DNA from: Octopus bimaculoides
Taxonomy: Eukaryota
Assembly (NCBI RefSeq): GCF_001194135.2
Contig: NC_068982.1
Span: 94,138,283 to 94,180,625, forward strand
Reading direction: 5' to 3'
Length of the DNA stretch: 42,343 nucleotides
Positions 10,565 through 22,245 of this stretch are shown here, piece after piece (within the stretch, counting starts at the first letter, position 1; every line of letters starts with the position of its first letter). A model generated the notes under the pieces. That model saw only the letters and a program-made list of their open reading frames with translations, made no database searches and was not told where the DNA came from. The position numbers and the translations under genes were made by a program.

Positions 10565-11563
10565 NNNNNNNNNNNNNNNNNNNNNNNNNNNNNNNNNNNN
10601 NNNNNNNNNNNNNNNNNNNNNNNNNNNNNNNNNNNNNNNNNNNNNNNNNNNNNNNNNNNNNNNNNNNNNNNNNNNNNNNNNNNNNNNNNNNNNNNNNNNN
10701 NNNNNNNNNNNNNNNNNNNNNNNNNNNNNNNNNNNNNNNNNNNNNNNNNNNNNNNNNNNNNNNNNNNNNNNNNNNNNNNNNNNNNNNNNNNNNNNNNNNN
10801 NNNNNNNNNNNNNNNNNNNNNNNNNNNNNNNNNNNNNNNNNNNNNNNNNNNNNNNNNNNNNNNNNNNNNNNNNNNNNNNNNNNNNNNNNNNNNNNNNNNN
10901 NNNNNNNNNNNNNNNNNNNNNNNNNNNNNNNNNNNNNNNNNNNNNNNNNNNNNNNNNNNNNNNNNNNNNNNNNNNNNNNNNNNNNNNNNNNNNNNNNNNN
11001 NNNNNNNNNNNNNNNNNNNNNNNNNNNNNNNNNNNNNNNNNNNNNNNNNNNNNNNNNNNNNNNNNNNNNNNNNNNNNNNNNNNNNNNNNNNNNNNNNNNN
11101 NNNNNNNNNNNNNNNNNNNNNNNNNNNNNNNNNNNNNNNNNNNNNNNNNNNNNNNNNNNNNNNNNNNNNNNNNNNNNNNNNNNNNNNNNNNNNNNNNNNN
11201 NNNNNNNNNNNNNNNNNNNNNNNNNNNNNNNNNNNNNNNNNNNNNNNNNNNNNNNNNNNNNNNNNNNNNNNNNNNNNNNNNNNNNNNNNNNNNNNNNNNN
11301 NNNNNNNNNNNNNNNNNNNNNNNNNNNNNNNNNNNNNNNNNNNNNNNNNNNNNNNNNNNNNNNNNNNNNNNNNNNNNNNNNNNNNNNNNNNNNNNNNNNN
11401 NNNNNNNNNNNNNNNNNNNNNNNNNNNNNNNNNNNNNNNNNNNNNNNNNNNNNNNNNNNNNNNNNNNNNNNNNNNNNNNNNNNNNNNNNNNNNNNNNNNN
11501 NNNNNNNNNNNNNNNNNNNNNNNNNNNNNNNNNNNNNNNNNNNNNNNNNNNNNNNNNNNNNNN
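10565..11563. other. Assembly gap (largest of six)
   Basis: N runs at 6825-7087, 8296-8305, 10565-11563, 28901-28910, 29840-30040 and 32197-32345. Confidence 1.
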
Positions 11564-11848
11564 AGGCCTCGTGCCTTTAACAGAAAGGATTATGATGTTA
11601 TTATTATTATTATTATGTAAGGCGGCCAAAATGCTTAGCGACGTTTCGTCTGTCTTTACATTCTGAGTCCAAATTTTGTCGAGGTTGACTTTGTCTTTCG
11701 GGGTCGATAAAATAAGTACCAGTTGAGTACTGGGGTCGAGGCAATCGACTTAACCCCTCCTCCAAAATTGCTGTCTCATGCCAAACTTTCAAATTATTAT
11801 TATTATTGAGTGTAAGAGCAGTGCATGCCATCAAAGTGACACCGAGGT
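11564..11848 (+). mobile_element. Family A SINE tail after gap, a second family A copy (11621-11792, head internally deleted), and the minus-strand 3' tip of family B
   Basis: aggcctcgtgcctttaacagaaagg tail; ggcggcc-aaaatgcttagcg head; ATT run; then gagtgtaagagcagtgcatgccatcaaagtgacac. Confidence 0.75.
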
Positions 11849-12070
11849 AATTTTCTTTTACTAGAAGTAGTCGATTAAGAAAGGATTATTTCCATTTATC
11901 GATGTGGAGAGTTGTTACCGTAATGTTGACGATTAGAATCACTCTACACTGCATCTCTATAATTAATTAATATTTTTAAAATTAAAATCATGGCATTGTA
12001 CACAACTGACTTCTTTTATGTATTAGAAACAGTCATTCAGAAAATGTTTGTCTTCATTACGATCGATGGA

Positions 12071-12172
12071 GACTAGCTGGGTAAACATGCAGCTGATGAA
12101 AGTCGACTAGCTGGGTAAACACGAATCTGATGAAAGCCGACTCGCTGGGTAAACATGAATCTGATGGAAGTC
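12071..12172 (+). repeat. Minisatellite, 3 x 34 bp
   Basis: Units start at 12071, 12105 and 12139: gactagctgggtaaacatgcagctgatgaaagtc and two variants. Confidence 0.9.
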
Positions 12173-12387
12173 GAACACACCGGTTCACGGTTAAGGAAGC
12201 CCTGAAGAGGTAGTCTCAGTCCGTATTTGCGCATCATCAGCTACGACACTCTACCATGCATCGGGTGTTGACAGAATACGAACCGTCTGACTAGCGGAAC
12301 GCGTCCACAAGAAGTGAAAGAGTATATTCACCAATGCAGTATGACGGGGACGGGACAAAGTACGACGGTCAGGCAGTAGTAGTAGAT

Positions 12388-12389
12388 GG

Positions 12390-12455
<66 letters not shown>

Positions 12456-12475
12456 CAACAATAATGATAATAATG

Positions 12476-12537
<62 letters not shown>
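12388..12537. repeat. (GAT)n(AAT)n microsatellite
   Basis: Directly visible. Other simple repeats: 13257-13385, 13473-13547 (AAG), 24003-24117 (AC/AT), 26580-26700 (ACAT), 28824-29003 (AC), 30090-30230 (AAT), 34499-34600 (CAC/CAA). Confidence 0.95.
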
Positions 12538-13256
12538 GAACAAATTACATTAATGAAGAACAAATTACATCAAATACAGAATAGACAACACATCAGGAAG
12601 TGATAAGTGCAGAATCAGTAGACAAAATGGTGAAACCGTATGACATATTACCAGTCAATGTACACCACTAGCCCAGAAAGAATATAAGAGACGTCATGAC
12701 AATATAGCAAGGATTGTCCATTGGACACTTTGCAACAAGTATGGACTTGAGAGAGCAAAAACGTGCTACGAGCACAAACCCGAAGGCATCATCTAAAATG
12801 ATAATGCAAAGATCCTATGGGATTTTATGATTCAGTGCGACCATGTGATAGAGAATAGGAAACCAGACATATGTTAATTGAGAAAGAAAGCAAACGATGC
12901 TGGATCATAGATATAGCATACCCAGCTGATAACAAGGTATGTGATAAAGAAGAAAGAAAAGACGTTAGATATGATAGGTTACTTTGGGAGGTTAAGTAGT
13001 TGTGGTCAATGAAAAAGGTGGTAGTAGTACCAATAATTATCGGAGCCCTGGGAACAATGAGTAAAAATCTTGAGAAGTACATGAAATAAAAAGGGGCTGC
13101 AATAAAGGTGGATCACTTGCAGAAAACAGCACTGCTTGGAATCGCTCGAATACTCCGGATGGTGCTCGAAAAATAAGGGGTGTTACCTTAGTTCACTGGT
13201 AGTGAACAGCTGGCACCGTCGTATATCTCCAGAGTTAGAAGCTGTGCAAAGGCAAT
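12538..13256 (+). mobile_element. 5'-truncated R4/Dong-like element (CCHC knuckle, RLE, 3' UTR)
   Basis: NYIKYRIDNTSGSDKCR...HITSQC...[53 protein letters not shown]. (AAT)n on both sides. Confidence 0.9.
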
Positions 13257-13257
13257 A

Positions 13258-13314
<57 letters not shown>

Positions 13315-13384
13315 GATGATATTATTATTATTATTGTTGTTGTTGCTGCTGCTGCTGTTGTTGTTGTTGTTGTTGTTGTTGTTA

Positions 13385-13470
13385 TTATGAAACTACCAAA
13401 TGCAAGAGATAGTTTCTGGAGCAGGTTGAAACTAAATTGTGATAATTCAAGAAATGTATAAGGCTCCAAT
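13385..13470 (-). mobile_element. Possible highly decayed Dong-like C-terminal fragment
   Basis: Minus strand shows attggagcc (IGA) and LLQKLSLAFGSFII, similar to LLQKIALLGTAHI; followed by (AAC)/(AAT) on the minus strand. Confidence 0.3.
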
Positions 13471-13501
<31 letters not shown>

Positions 13502-13574
13502 AAGAAGAAGAAGAAGAAGAAGAAGAAGAAGAAAAAGAAGAAGAAGACTTTATTTGGGCACTGCATTGAAGGTT

Positions 13575-13878
13575 ACCTTATTTTATCGATCTCTTTGGCC
13601 AAACCGGTAGCCTAAGGGTGTGTAAAGAAACCAACAACGATTCTGAAACCGTAGAAGGAGACAAACAAGAACGCAAAGACATACACATCCACAACACATA
13701 AACACACATACGCTCACATACAATGGACTTCCACAGAATTTCCTTCCATAAAATTAACCCACAAGACATTGCTCAGACATTGCTCAGACAGAAGACAATT
13801 GCCGAAGGTGCCATGTCTTGAGACTGAACCACAAACCATCTAGTTGCAGAGAGCTTCTTAACCACAGAGCCATGCCTG
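13575..13878 (-). mobile_element. Diverged family C SINE
   Basis: Minus strand caggcatggctctgtggttaagaagct...ggttcagtctcaagacatggcacc, homologous to 5375-5543. Confidence 0.65.
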
Positions 13879-14297
13879 GGTTGTGTCTGTTTTTGCTTTT
13901 ATTTGTTTCAGAAAGCAAGAAGGACTTTATTAGTACGTGGATGGGTGTGTTAGTAGTATTTTGCTCGTACAAATACGATGAATGTAAGACAAATTTAACT
14001 TTGATGGAAGTAGAATGTAGAAATATAAAGTAAAACATCTACTCCAGTGTCCTATTTTTTCAAAATCAGTCACGTTTTATTTAATATATTAGGAAATAGC
14101 TTTGTATGAATTATATATATTTTAAATCTTTTATTTTCATAATTTAGTAAGGAGTGTTCATGATCTTTCACAGGGCCTTTGAGACAGTGGGTACGGAACA
14201 GCAATGGTATTCCCAGCCCGGAGATCTGGTCTAAATACTTGTAACAAAATGATCTCTGCTAGAAGCACCTAAGGTTTCAGGTGGTGGCGTGAAAGTA

Positions 14298-14501
14298 CGA
14301 AAGGGTGCTGAAAAGTTTCTGGCTTTAAGAGTATCGGGAAAGGTCTGGCTGGAGGCCCAAATTCCTGAGTTCTTTTATATGGCTTATAAAAAAATTGGAG
14401 GGACTCTGCAATAAGTGTGTGAATCTGAGAAGAAAATCATGATTAACTGATCCTCCTGTATTTTCTTTTACTCAAAGCCAGAAACTTTTCTGCACCCCTC
14501 G
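14298..14501 (+). mobile_element. Mariner-derived MITE (204 bp) with TA target duplication
   Basis: TA|cgaaagggtgctgaaaagtttctggcttt ... aaagccagaaacttttctgcacccctcg|TA: ~28-bp near-perfect TIRs. The interior resembles a mariner transposase C-terminal remnant. Confidence 0.85.
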
Positions 14502-14524
14502 TAAGTGACGGAATAAACGTATTA

Positions 14525-14740
14525 CCCAAATAAACCGTGGTGAGTTGTGAACGCAGAATGCACACAACCGGAACAAATACCACAAGATGTCCATTTCTAC
14601 GTTCTTACCGTTCCGTTTATCAATTGCCTTGGAAAGGATGAAAACAAAAGTTGATCTTTGTGGGATTTAAACACCTGATGCGAAATGTTTGAACAACTAC
14701 CACGAGGTAATCTATCCAGCACTTAAGGCTCTGCCAGTCT
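14525..14740 (-). mobile_element. Highly decayed family A SINE remnants
   Basis: ggaaaggatgaaaacaaaagttgatc...gggatttaaac and ctctgccagtctactgc echo the family A core and head. Confidence 0.4.
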
Positions 14741-15294
14741 ACTGCTAACATACTCATATGGAGTTTCTTTAACTATTTTTCATGGTTTTATGCTGTTGGT
14801 CCTGCATTATAGTATTTTAAAGTGCCAATGTTAATCATAAACCCCTTTATCATCAATGCTTCACTTTGTCAATAGGACAGGTGCAGGCAGATACGGATCA
14901 CATTTAGAGGTATATCGCATGTAGATCTTTTTAGCCTGTCATGTATTTTATATCCAATGGTCTGAGGTTGGTTAATACGATCAGATTAGGGAAAACAATG
15001 ATTCACAATTCATTACCTTTTCTTGTTTCTGGAAGCCCCATAATAATTACATATTGGGTATTTTTAGGAGAAAGAAAGAAAGGAAGAGGAAGAGAGAATG
15101 ATTTAATCGCTAAAGCTTTATAATATTTATTACTGAATATTATAGGACCATCAATGTCAAGCAAGAAGAACGTTAAATATTATAATATTTAATGTCCAAT
15201 ATTGAAAATTATCACTAATTTTGTGCAGGATTTATATCATCTGAGTGAATTTTGTAAAACGAAAAAATAAAATATAATGTATATATACACAAAA

Positions 15295-15300
15295 TTTATT
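15295..15300 (-). promoter_or_regulatory. Candidate polyadenylation signal AATAAA
   Basis: tttatt on plus, about 260 nt past the stop; an alternative lies at 15126-15131. The motif is common in AT-rich DNA. Confidence 0.3.
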
Positions 15301-15561
15301 TATATTCTCCTGGGTTGCAGCCTGAGAAATATGATGCTGAATATTTACAACGACATTAGTCAATGAATATATTTCTGCTACATATACAAAAATGCGTCCC
15401 CAGGGCAATTGTAGGAAAAACAAATATACATTGTTCTTGACAATGACTTTTGTTTTCGCTCGTTCTCGTTGATTGTCACTTTTCTTCTCTCTCGCCAATA
15501 CTCTGTGTCCATGACTAAGTCAATGTATTTACAATATCAGTTCTGGAGAAACAGTCTCACA

Positions 15562-15761
15562 TTAAGTCGTTCTGTATGTATTTCTATTTGGTAAGACTCG
15601 AAGTATGAGTTTATCACTTGATGCAACCATATCATGTGCATCTTCTACAGTCATGCAACCTGTGGATATGCCATTGATTTCAAGTATTTCATCACCGATG
15701 CCTAAAAGACCTGCAAACATTTTAGCAGGATAACCATCACTAAATCGTGATACATATATAC
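15562..15761 (-). CDS. KIAA1614: Terminal coding exon (200 bp): C-terminal half of PDZ domain and TAA stop
   Basis: Encodes IYVSRFSDGYPAKMFAGLLGIGDEILEINGISTGCMTVEDAHDMVASSDKLILRVLPNRNTYRTT*, with the PDZ hallmark GLL.VGDEILEVNG. Acceptor ttttctcttccag|GT ATA (phase 1) matches the upstream donor. Confidence 0.9.
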
Positions 15762-17610
15762 CTGGAAGAGAAAAATATAAAATTAAAATATGACAAAGAT
15801 ACACTGACAAAGATTTTATATTAAACACAAACATTATAGAAAAAGTGTTTTCAAAATTTTTGAATATTCCGAATACTCGTATATCTTACTCTAAAAACTA
15901 GAATGCAAACTATTTCCATTCTGTTTTTATGTAGATAGTGTATTTAGTCTGTTGGATTAAACTTTCAGCTTTGCTGAATACAGTATTTCTAATCATTTTG
16001 TTTTTTATCTCTATGGTAACAAAGACATAAAATCCTAGTCATTCTTTATATTCACATTCATGCCATGCCAATATAATACGTTGTTTAAGCAATCGCAATG
16101 TAAAAGATGGCTCCAGAAAGCCGAGAAAATTATTTTCGTCACCAGGTTTGAAAACGTATGAAAGTGGCAATTTAGGATATTAACCATTTTCGTATGAAAT
16201 ATTTGAGTATTGTGCTGGCCGTGGATTTCATTTGTAGTTGTTCGTGGTAGAATAGAAGGTTTTTTGTCATTCATCCTCTTAATTAAATATTACTAGTCTC
16301 ACACGTCTTCAGTTTACTTGAGGGCTTTGATCTAATCTAATCTCATTTATAAAAATTGATCGCTTATTGCTTGTTTTGCATTGTTAAAATGGATATTAAT
16401 GCGCTTGTTCGTTTAAACAATGGAATCCAGAAATATTTTTGCCAGCTGTTTTCTAGAACGTTCTGTAGAATATCTTAGTCGAAATTCACTCTTTTACTGT
16501 GTTGTTCAATAAAGACAAAGTCACATTTTGTTATGGTTTGGTACACAGTTCTTTTGTGAAAACATGTATTGTTACTGATTATTTGTGATACTGTCTCATC
16601 AGAAAACTATTGGATATCTTGTATCCTCCAGATAGTTGATACCCAGCACATTTTGCATTTACTTGCTCTGTATTTCTATACAATAATTTCATGAACGTCT
16701 TTCTTAAATGCCTTTGCAGCTTGCTCAAATTATGCATAGAAAGACTATGATTTTTCACCTGAAACAAACCTCTTTCTAATTATGTAGTGATTACCCGTCT
16801 TATTCTCAATCTTCTTCCTTCAATAATGGAGGATATTACATACATATATAATCATTTCCTGTTATTCTAGGATCTAGATTTCTAATGCAAGCATAGTGAC
16901 CATTTGCACATAGATTTTAAGTAGAATTTCTGATATAAGTTGTGCGATCTTCAGTTACGTAAGTTGTGAGTTCAGCATTCGATTCGTTTTACAATGCGTG
17001 CATGTCTCAATTTCCATTTTTTGTATGAATATGTCTATTGATCAGCAAATTGTAAATGATTTTAGATTCCGGATATTCCCTGTCAGATCTTCAATTTCAC
17101 ACCAAAATCCTTATAACTCCATAATGCCTCCCACACACGAAGTACTGTTTCATTAACAGAAAATCTGATTTAAATCCAGAACAAAGATTTGATCGAAAAC
17201 CTTCCTTTGCCGAAAAACTTCCAAAACATTTCTTCGCCCAGTAGTACTTCAAACCTTATCATCAGCTTCACTCTAATCTATTGATATCTTTTAGTTTTTA
17301 ACATTGTAGTTTCACCCTCGATCTCGACTATAAGTTCTTTTCTTTAGGCTCTTATTTTGAGCATCGTCCCTATCTGTTATAGATACTTACCTAGCTTTTC
17401 TTTATTAGAAATATTAACATTCAACTATATTTAGGGTGGAAAATAATCGCTTTAATCAGACCTATTTCGAAATAGCTAATCTCAGTAATAGCTTAAACAT
17501 TCTTCAATATTTCTAAATGCTAATTAAATTTACGAGAACAATGCTTTCTCTTTTACCATTTGTGATTGAATTAGAATTACACAAAATCAACAATACAATT
17601 TATAACTTAC

Positions 17611-17819
17611 TATAGCCAAGATTGTGTTTAACACGTGTCATGTAAATACCGCAAAGGCCATGAGGTGGCTGTGTCAACTCAATGATGCGAGTACCATCTA
17701 AACACATCTCTAATATGCGTCCAATTACTCTGAAGTGAGTTGGTACATCTACATCATTCGCAAGTATTGATGGCTTCTTTTTTCGTTGAAATTTGTCAAA
17801 GAATGCTGATATTCTTGAT
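17611..17819 (-). CDS. KIAA1614: Internal exon (209 bp): semi-CRIB-like segment and N-terminal half of PDZ domain
   Basis: Absent from the ORF track; translated by hand as SRISAFFDKFQRKKKPSILANDVDVPTHFRVIGRILEMCLDGTRIIELTQPPHGLCGIYMTRVKHNLGY. Acceptor tttttattatttccag|A; donor TAT A|gtaagt. Resembles my recollection of vertebrate KIAA1614 (DV..P...R.VGR..E..PDGT...L...P.G..G). The symbol is a recalled similarity, not a search result. Confidence 0.8.
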
Positions 17820-20800
17820 CTGGAAATAATAAAAAAGATCTCATTGAAATATGTTGACTATAACAAAATTTCATTTCTGTAACTGAATACTCTAAGTTTC
17901 AGTTATGTAATAACTTTAATATGATAATATGGATATATTGATCATTTGGAAGCTTTGTTTAATATCTGTTTCTTTTGCACTTTGGAGCCGGATTCTATCG
18001 CTATGTGGTTCTGTAAGGCGGGTGTATCGTACATTTCTTCTAAATGGTATTTGAAGAAATTGAATACTTTCGACTTGGAATAGAAACCAGGTTGTGATCT
18101 ATGTTTGTCAGGAGTTTACTCTGTACAGAACAGTAATTGTAGCACGCATTGACAGTCACTTTTTTGACAAGGAGCGGGGACAACGAAATGTTGGGACATT
18201 AATACCTATCAATATTGTGGCATTCAGATGCTCCTAATTATTTAATCGCTACTGATACGACGAAAATAAATTTAATGAAATTTCCTCTTGAAATATTTAT
18301 AGTTTATCTCAATGCTCCGCTCTGAAATAAATAAAGGGGGATATGAACTTTGACCTTATATTGGATAAATCTGATGAAACAGATTTTAGCCATATGGCGG
18401 AGAAGGCATCAGAAAAAAGGGAACAGTTAACAAAATATTTCTGTAGCTGTATCGCCATAGTTACGATGGTATAAATGCATTGCAAAATTTAATAATAGCA
18501 TAAAACGTTGACTATAACAGTAAATCTAGTAATGGATCGCTATACAGTTTAACATATTCTCCATGGAAACATAAGAAATCCATCTCTTTTGAATATTTTA
18601 GACTAAACAATATCCATCGACCACTATTTAACATGTGTATGGATATTTCATTTCTATTTTATAAGAATATGCCTTAGATGATGCTTACGTCGAGATAATA
18701 ATTGTGTTGCAGCTTCCAAGAACAACAGAGAATAAACTTTCTGGTATTTGGACAAGGGAATAGAATGAAAAACTAAGATATATTCGACTCTATCATTAAA
18801 TTGAAATATACAAACAGAAATTCGAAGCTGTGATATGAATCAGATTATGGAGTCATGAACACATGCTTTGCTTGTTAATAAAAGCCAAATGCTATTTAGA
18901 ATAATTCGCAATTCATGTGATTGTTGCCGGAGTAATTCTAGTTTGTCGGAATCTATTTGTTTTCTGCTCTTAGTAAGGACTTTAGCATTATTTTCGGTAC
19001 TAATACCTTATACGTCACGATTCAATAAATTAGTATGAGAATAATCCCATTCACTCTGTTTGGTTTGTTAATCATAGCTTCCTAAATTCTGATTCTCATT
19101 AATACAATTTCTCCTGCTTTTGACCTGAAAGCAACTGATTTCATTCTCACACAAACTTATCATGATATATTGTCGGTGACTAAGCTTTTTCTGTCCAACA
19201 AATCTGTAGCTAAAATTTATTTAAGACTCGTTATATTTTCTTTGCAATCAGTATCCATTATTTCCAACCGTTTGCATTGTTCTAATGTCCTTTATCAGAA
19301 ATTAGACAAGTTTTAATTATTCGGAATATATTGTAAAAACACACTTTCAGTAATATATTTAATAACGTTACTGATGAAAGCATTGAATAGCGTTTAACTG
19401 CGATCTATGACGGAAAAAATATTTTACTTTCAAGAGAAGTAAGATATGTTTTCCTCCATTTTCATGTGGGACTTTTCATTTAATTTCATTAATATAATTT
19501 AGAAATTGTTGTCATTGCTTGTGTTCTTGACAAATATCTCCTAGATACCATATAATGAGAAATCTTGTTTGTTTGCTCATAATGTTTTGCGTCTTTTATA
19601 TTTATTTAAATTCTTTAAAATTTGTGGAGCAAATTACCGAATATTTAATTTTCTCACCATTCTTCGTGTATTCCAGACTTTTCGAGCAATTCTAACAACC
19701 GATATTTATTTTGTTTTATTTATTAGAAACTATATAAGCTAGAAATTAAACATCCTAGCACTATCAGTCCATATAACAGCGTTTCATTGCTGTGCTTTGC
19801 TGCGAAATGGTGTACAACACGTAAATGTACATGCAATCCTTCTTTTAGTTCTCAGAAACAGAAATAAAGATTTTTGGAACCATTCTTGGGTTTCATCTAA
19901 GTAGAAAAACCTAACTGTAATGCAGACCAATGAAGCTTCTCTAAGAAAACCCATGTAGATGCTTTATAAAGGGACCTCTGAATTTTTCCGCAGCTTTTTA
20001 TCATTTGCTTAAATCTGTTAAGTAACTAGTTAACAAATATTTAGTTTAATTCTAAATTCTCTAAGATACTAAAATATTTCATCTGAAATGGAAGCCTTGT
20101 ATATTTGATAACTTTTGAATTTTACAGTAAGCCCAGCATTTCGAAAACACAGAAAAGTTTAATATTTTACGAAATTCTTAGGATTTCTTGACTACTGATT
20201 CGTATTTTTTAAAATAAAGGTAAATGTCACCAATACTTAATTAACTACTGTATATAGTTTCATCACTATGTAAAATGTATCACTATATAAAACAAATTTC
20301 TATTTCATCATTCTTAATTTTATATCGTATTCTACCGAGAGGAGCATCACTGACTTCTTGTTTTCCTGCTGGCCAATCACTAATTCACTGTATTTGCATT
20401 GGCAAGAGTGACAAGGGAATATACGTACATTCCAGGCTGAACCTGTAGTACAAAGTTCTATTTTTTATTTTGTCTTATTTTTCGTTGATATACAGCAGCG
20501 TAAGACGTATCCATGGAATAAGAACAACACATCACATCAGATAAAATATTCTATTGGTTTGATGTCGAATTTGTGATAGAGAAAAATGTTTGATTTTTGG
20601 ACTTATCTTTCATTCATTGGAAAGAGAGAGTGGGGGGGGGGAATAATAGATGAAATAAGAGACCCGTTAATCCACATGCGGTTATGAGAAGTCTAAAATT
20701 TTATGAGACAGTTGTGTTCAGTATCAAGAGTTCACAAAAGGAGGTAATATAAATTGTATGAAGGTATAATCTGTTATATATGTTTTCAGGAGCGTGTGCA

Positions 20801-21071
20801 TATATTTTGTGTGAAATAGGCAGACATGTGCGTATCTATGTGTATGTAAATAAGTGATTTTGGCATGAGGACTTAAATCACTGATAGATGTGTGCGTGTG
20901 TGTGTGTGTATGTGTGTGTTGTGTTAGTGTGGTAATCATGTAAGGTAATTTAAGCGTTGTGTTATTGAAGACAGATTTAGTGTGTCAACGTTTGCCCTTT
21001 CCTATCATCACTACACTTATTGGGCCTAAAAATTCACGCTTTTTAAATCCCAAACTAATTTGCTTAAGTAA

Positions 21072-21157
21072 CTATTTTGTACCTATTTTGTACCTATTTT
21101 GTACCTATTAGGTACCTATTTTGTATCTATTAAGTACCTATTAAGTACCTATTTTGT
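21072..21157 (+). repeat. Degenerate 11-bp tandem repeat (ctattttgtac / ctattaagtac)
   Basis: About 8 units visible directly. Confidence 0.8.
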
Positions 21158-21960
21158 AGATTGGCTTACGTTGGTCTTGTGGTTGAGAAAAGAAATTCTT
21201 AGCTACATGCTGGCCAGGAAAAGAAATTTAATATTCATCGGCGTAAATCATATTATTCCTCATCTCAAAAGAATATTAGATAAAGTACAAACTCTAATAA
21301 TGGCTAAAAAACATTGCATCTTGTTGAAACATATTATTTTATATTTGAATAAATTATCATCCGGTTTTGGATGGAAGTTCTTAGCTACACATGCTTGCAT
21401 GCGTCCGGTTATCAACAACTAGAAGTATAATATTCAAAGGTATAAATTATAATGTAATTCCTCATACAAGCATAATATTTAATACAGTACAGACATTTTA
21501 ATAACGAGAGTAAAAATATTGCATATAGTATAGAAACATACTTTAATATTTTTATTTATAATACGATAATTTGAATAAATTATTACCAGGTTTTAAATTC
21601 GCTTTTAAAAGTAATATTTGTCCTTTAATGCTATTAACTGGTTCCATTAATTGTAATTTCAAAACTTACAGTAAAATTATAGCGGCAAGATGTCAAGATA
21701 TTTCACGCTATTAAATAAAATTACAGGATCGCATTAAGGTTGACAGCACAATTTTCTTATTGAGAATGTTTCAACTGAGTGCATTTGATACTATATATCA
21801 GGTTGTTCACGTCTTTAAATCAATTACCAGCAGATCATGATGTTGAATAGTATAGCAAATATTGAACGCCAAAGAGCATGCGTTAGATAGATTTGGATAC
21901 AAATCACCGCCCTGTTTTATTCCCTGTCGAAATTAATTTAATTTCTCAATTCATCGTTCT

Positions 21961-22245
21961 GGGTTCAGCCCCACTGCGTAGAATCCCGTCGCGCGCGTGC
22001 GCATTTGTATTTATGTCTGTGTTTGTCCACCACCACCGGTTGTGGGTGGTGGACAAAATACACTGGTGTTGGTGTATTTGCGATCCCATAACGTATCGGT
22101 TCGGCAAAAAAAGGCCCATAAAATAATTACAAGGCTTTTAAATAAAACTCCTGGAGTTGATTTGTCCGACTAAAACCCTTCAATGTGGTGCTCCAGCATG
22201 GCCGAAGTCTAATGACTGAAGCAAGTAAAAGATAAAAGATAAGTC
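21961..22245 (+). mobile_element. Family C SINE, internally deleted
   Basis: gggttcagccccactgcgt runs directly into agaatcccgtcg; tail ggtgctccagcatggccgaagtctaatgactgaagcaagtaaaaga. Confidence 0.75.

Noticed and set aside
10517-11666. Long ORFs of 370 and 376 aa, and other X-rich ORFs
   Set aside because: Artefacts of N gaps.
12200-12255. CTGAAGA...gtag/ctac...GACAC as a hammerhead
   Set aside because: GAAA is absent and I found no stem I or III.
16579-16767. 62-aa minus ORF with a ttcag acceptor as an extra exon
   Set aside because: Its open frame is phase 0, but the intron is phase 1. The PDZ is complete without it.
20335-20442. Possible minus-strand exon (ctacag|GTTCAG)
   Set aside because: The phase-2 frame hits a stop, no strong donor is present, and the flanking exons already join in frame.
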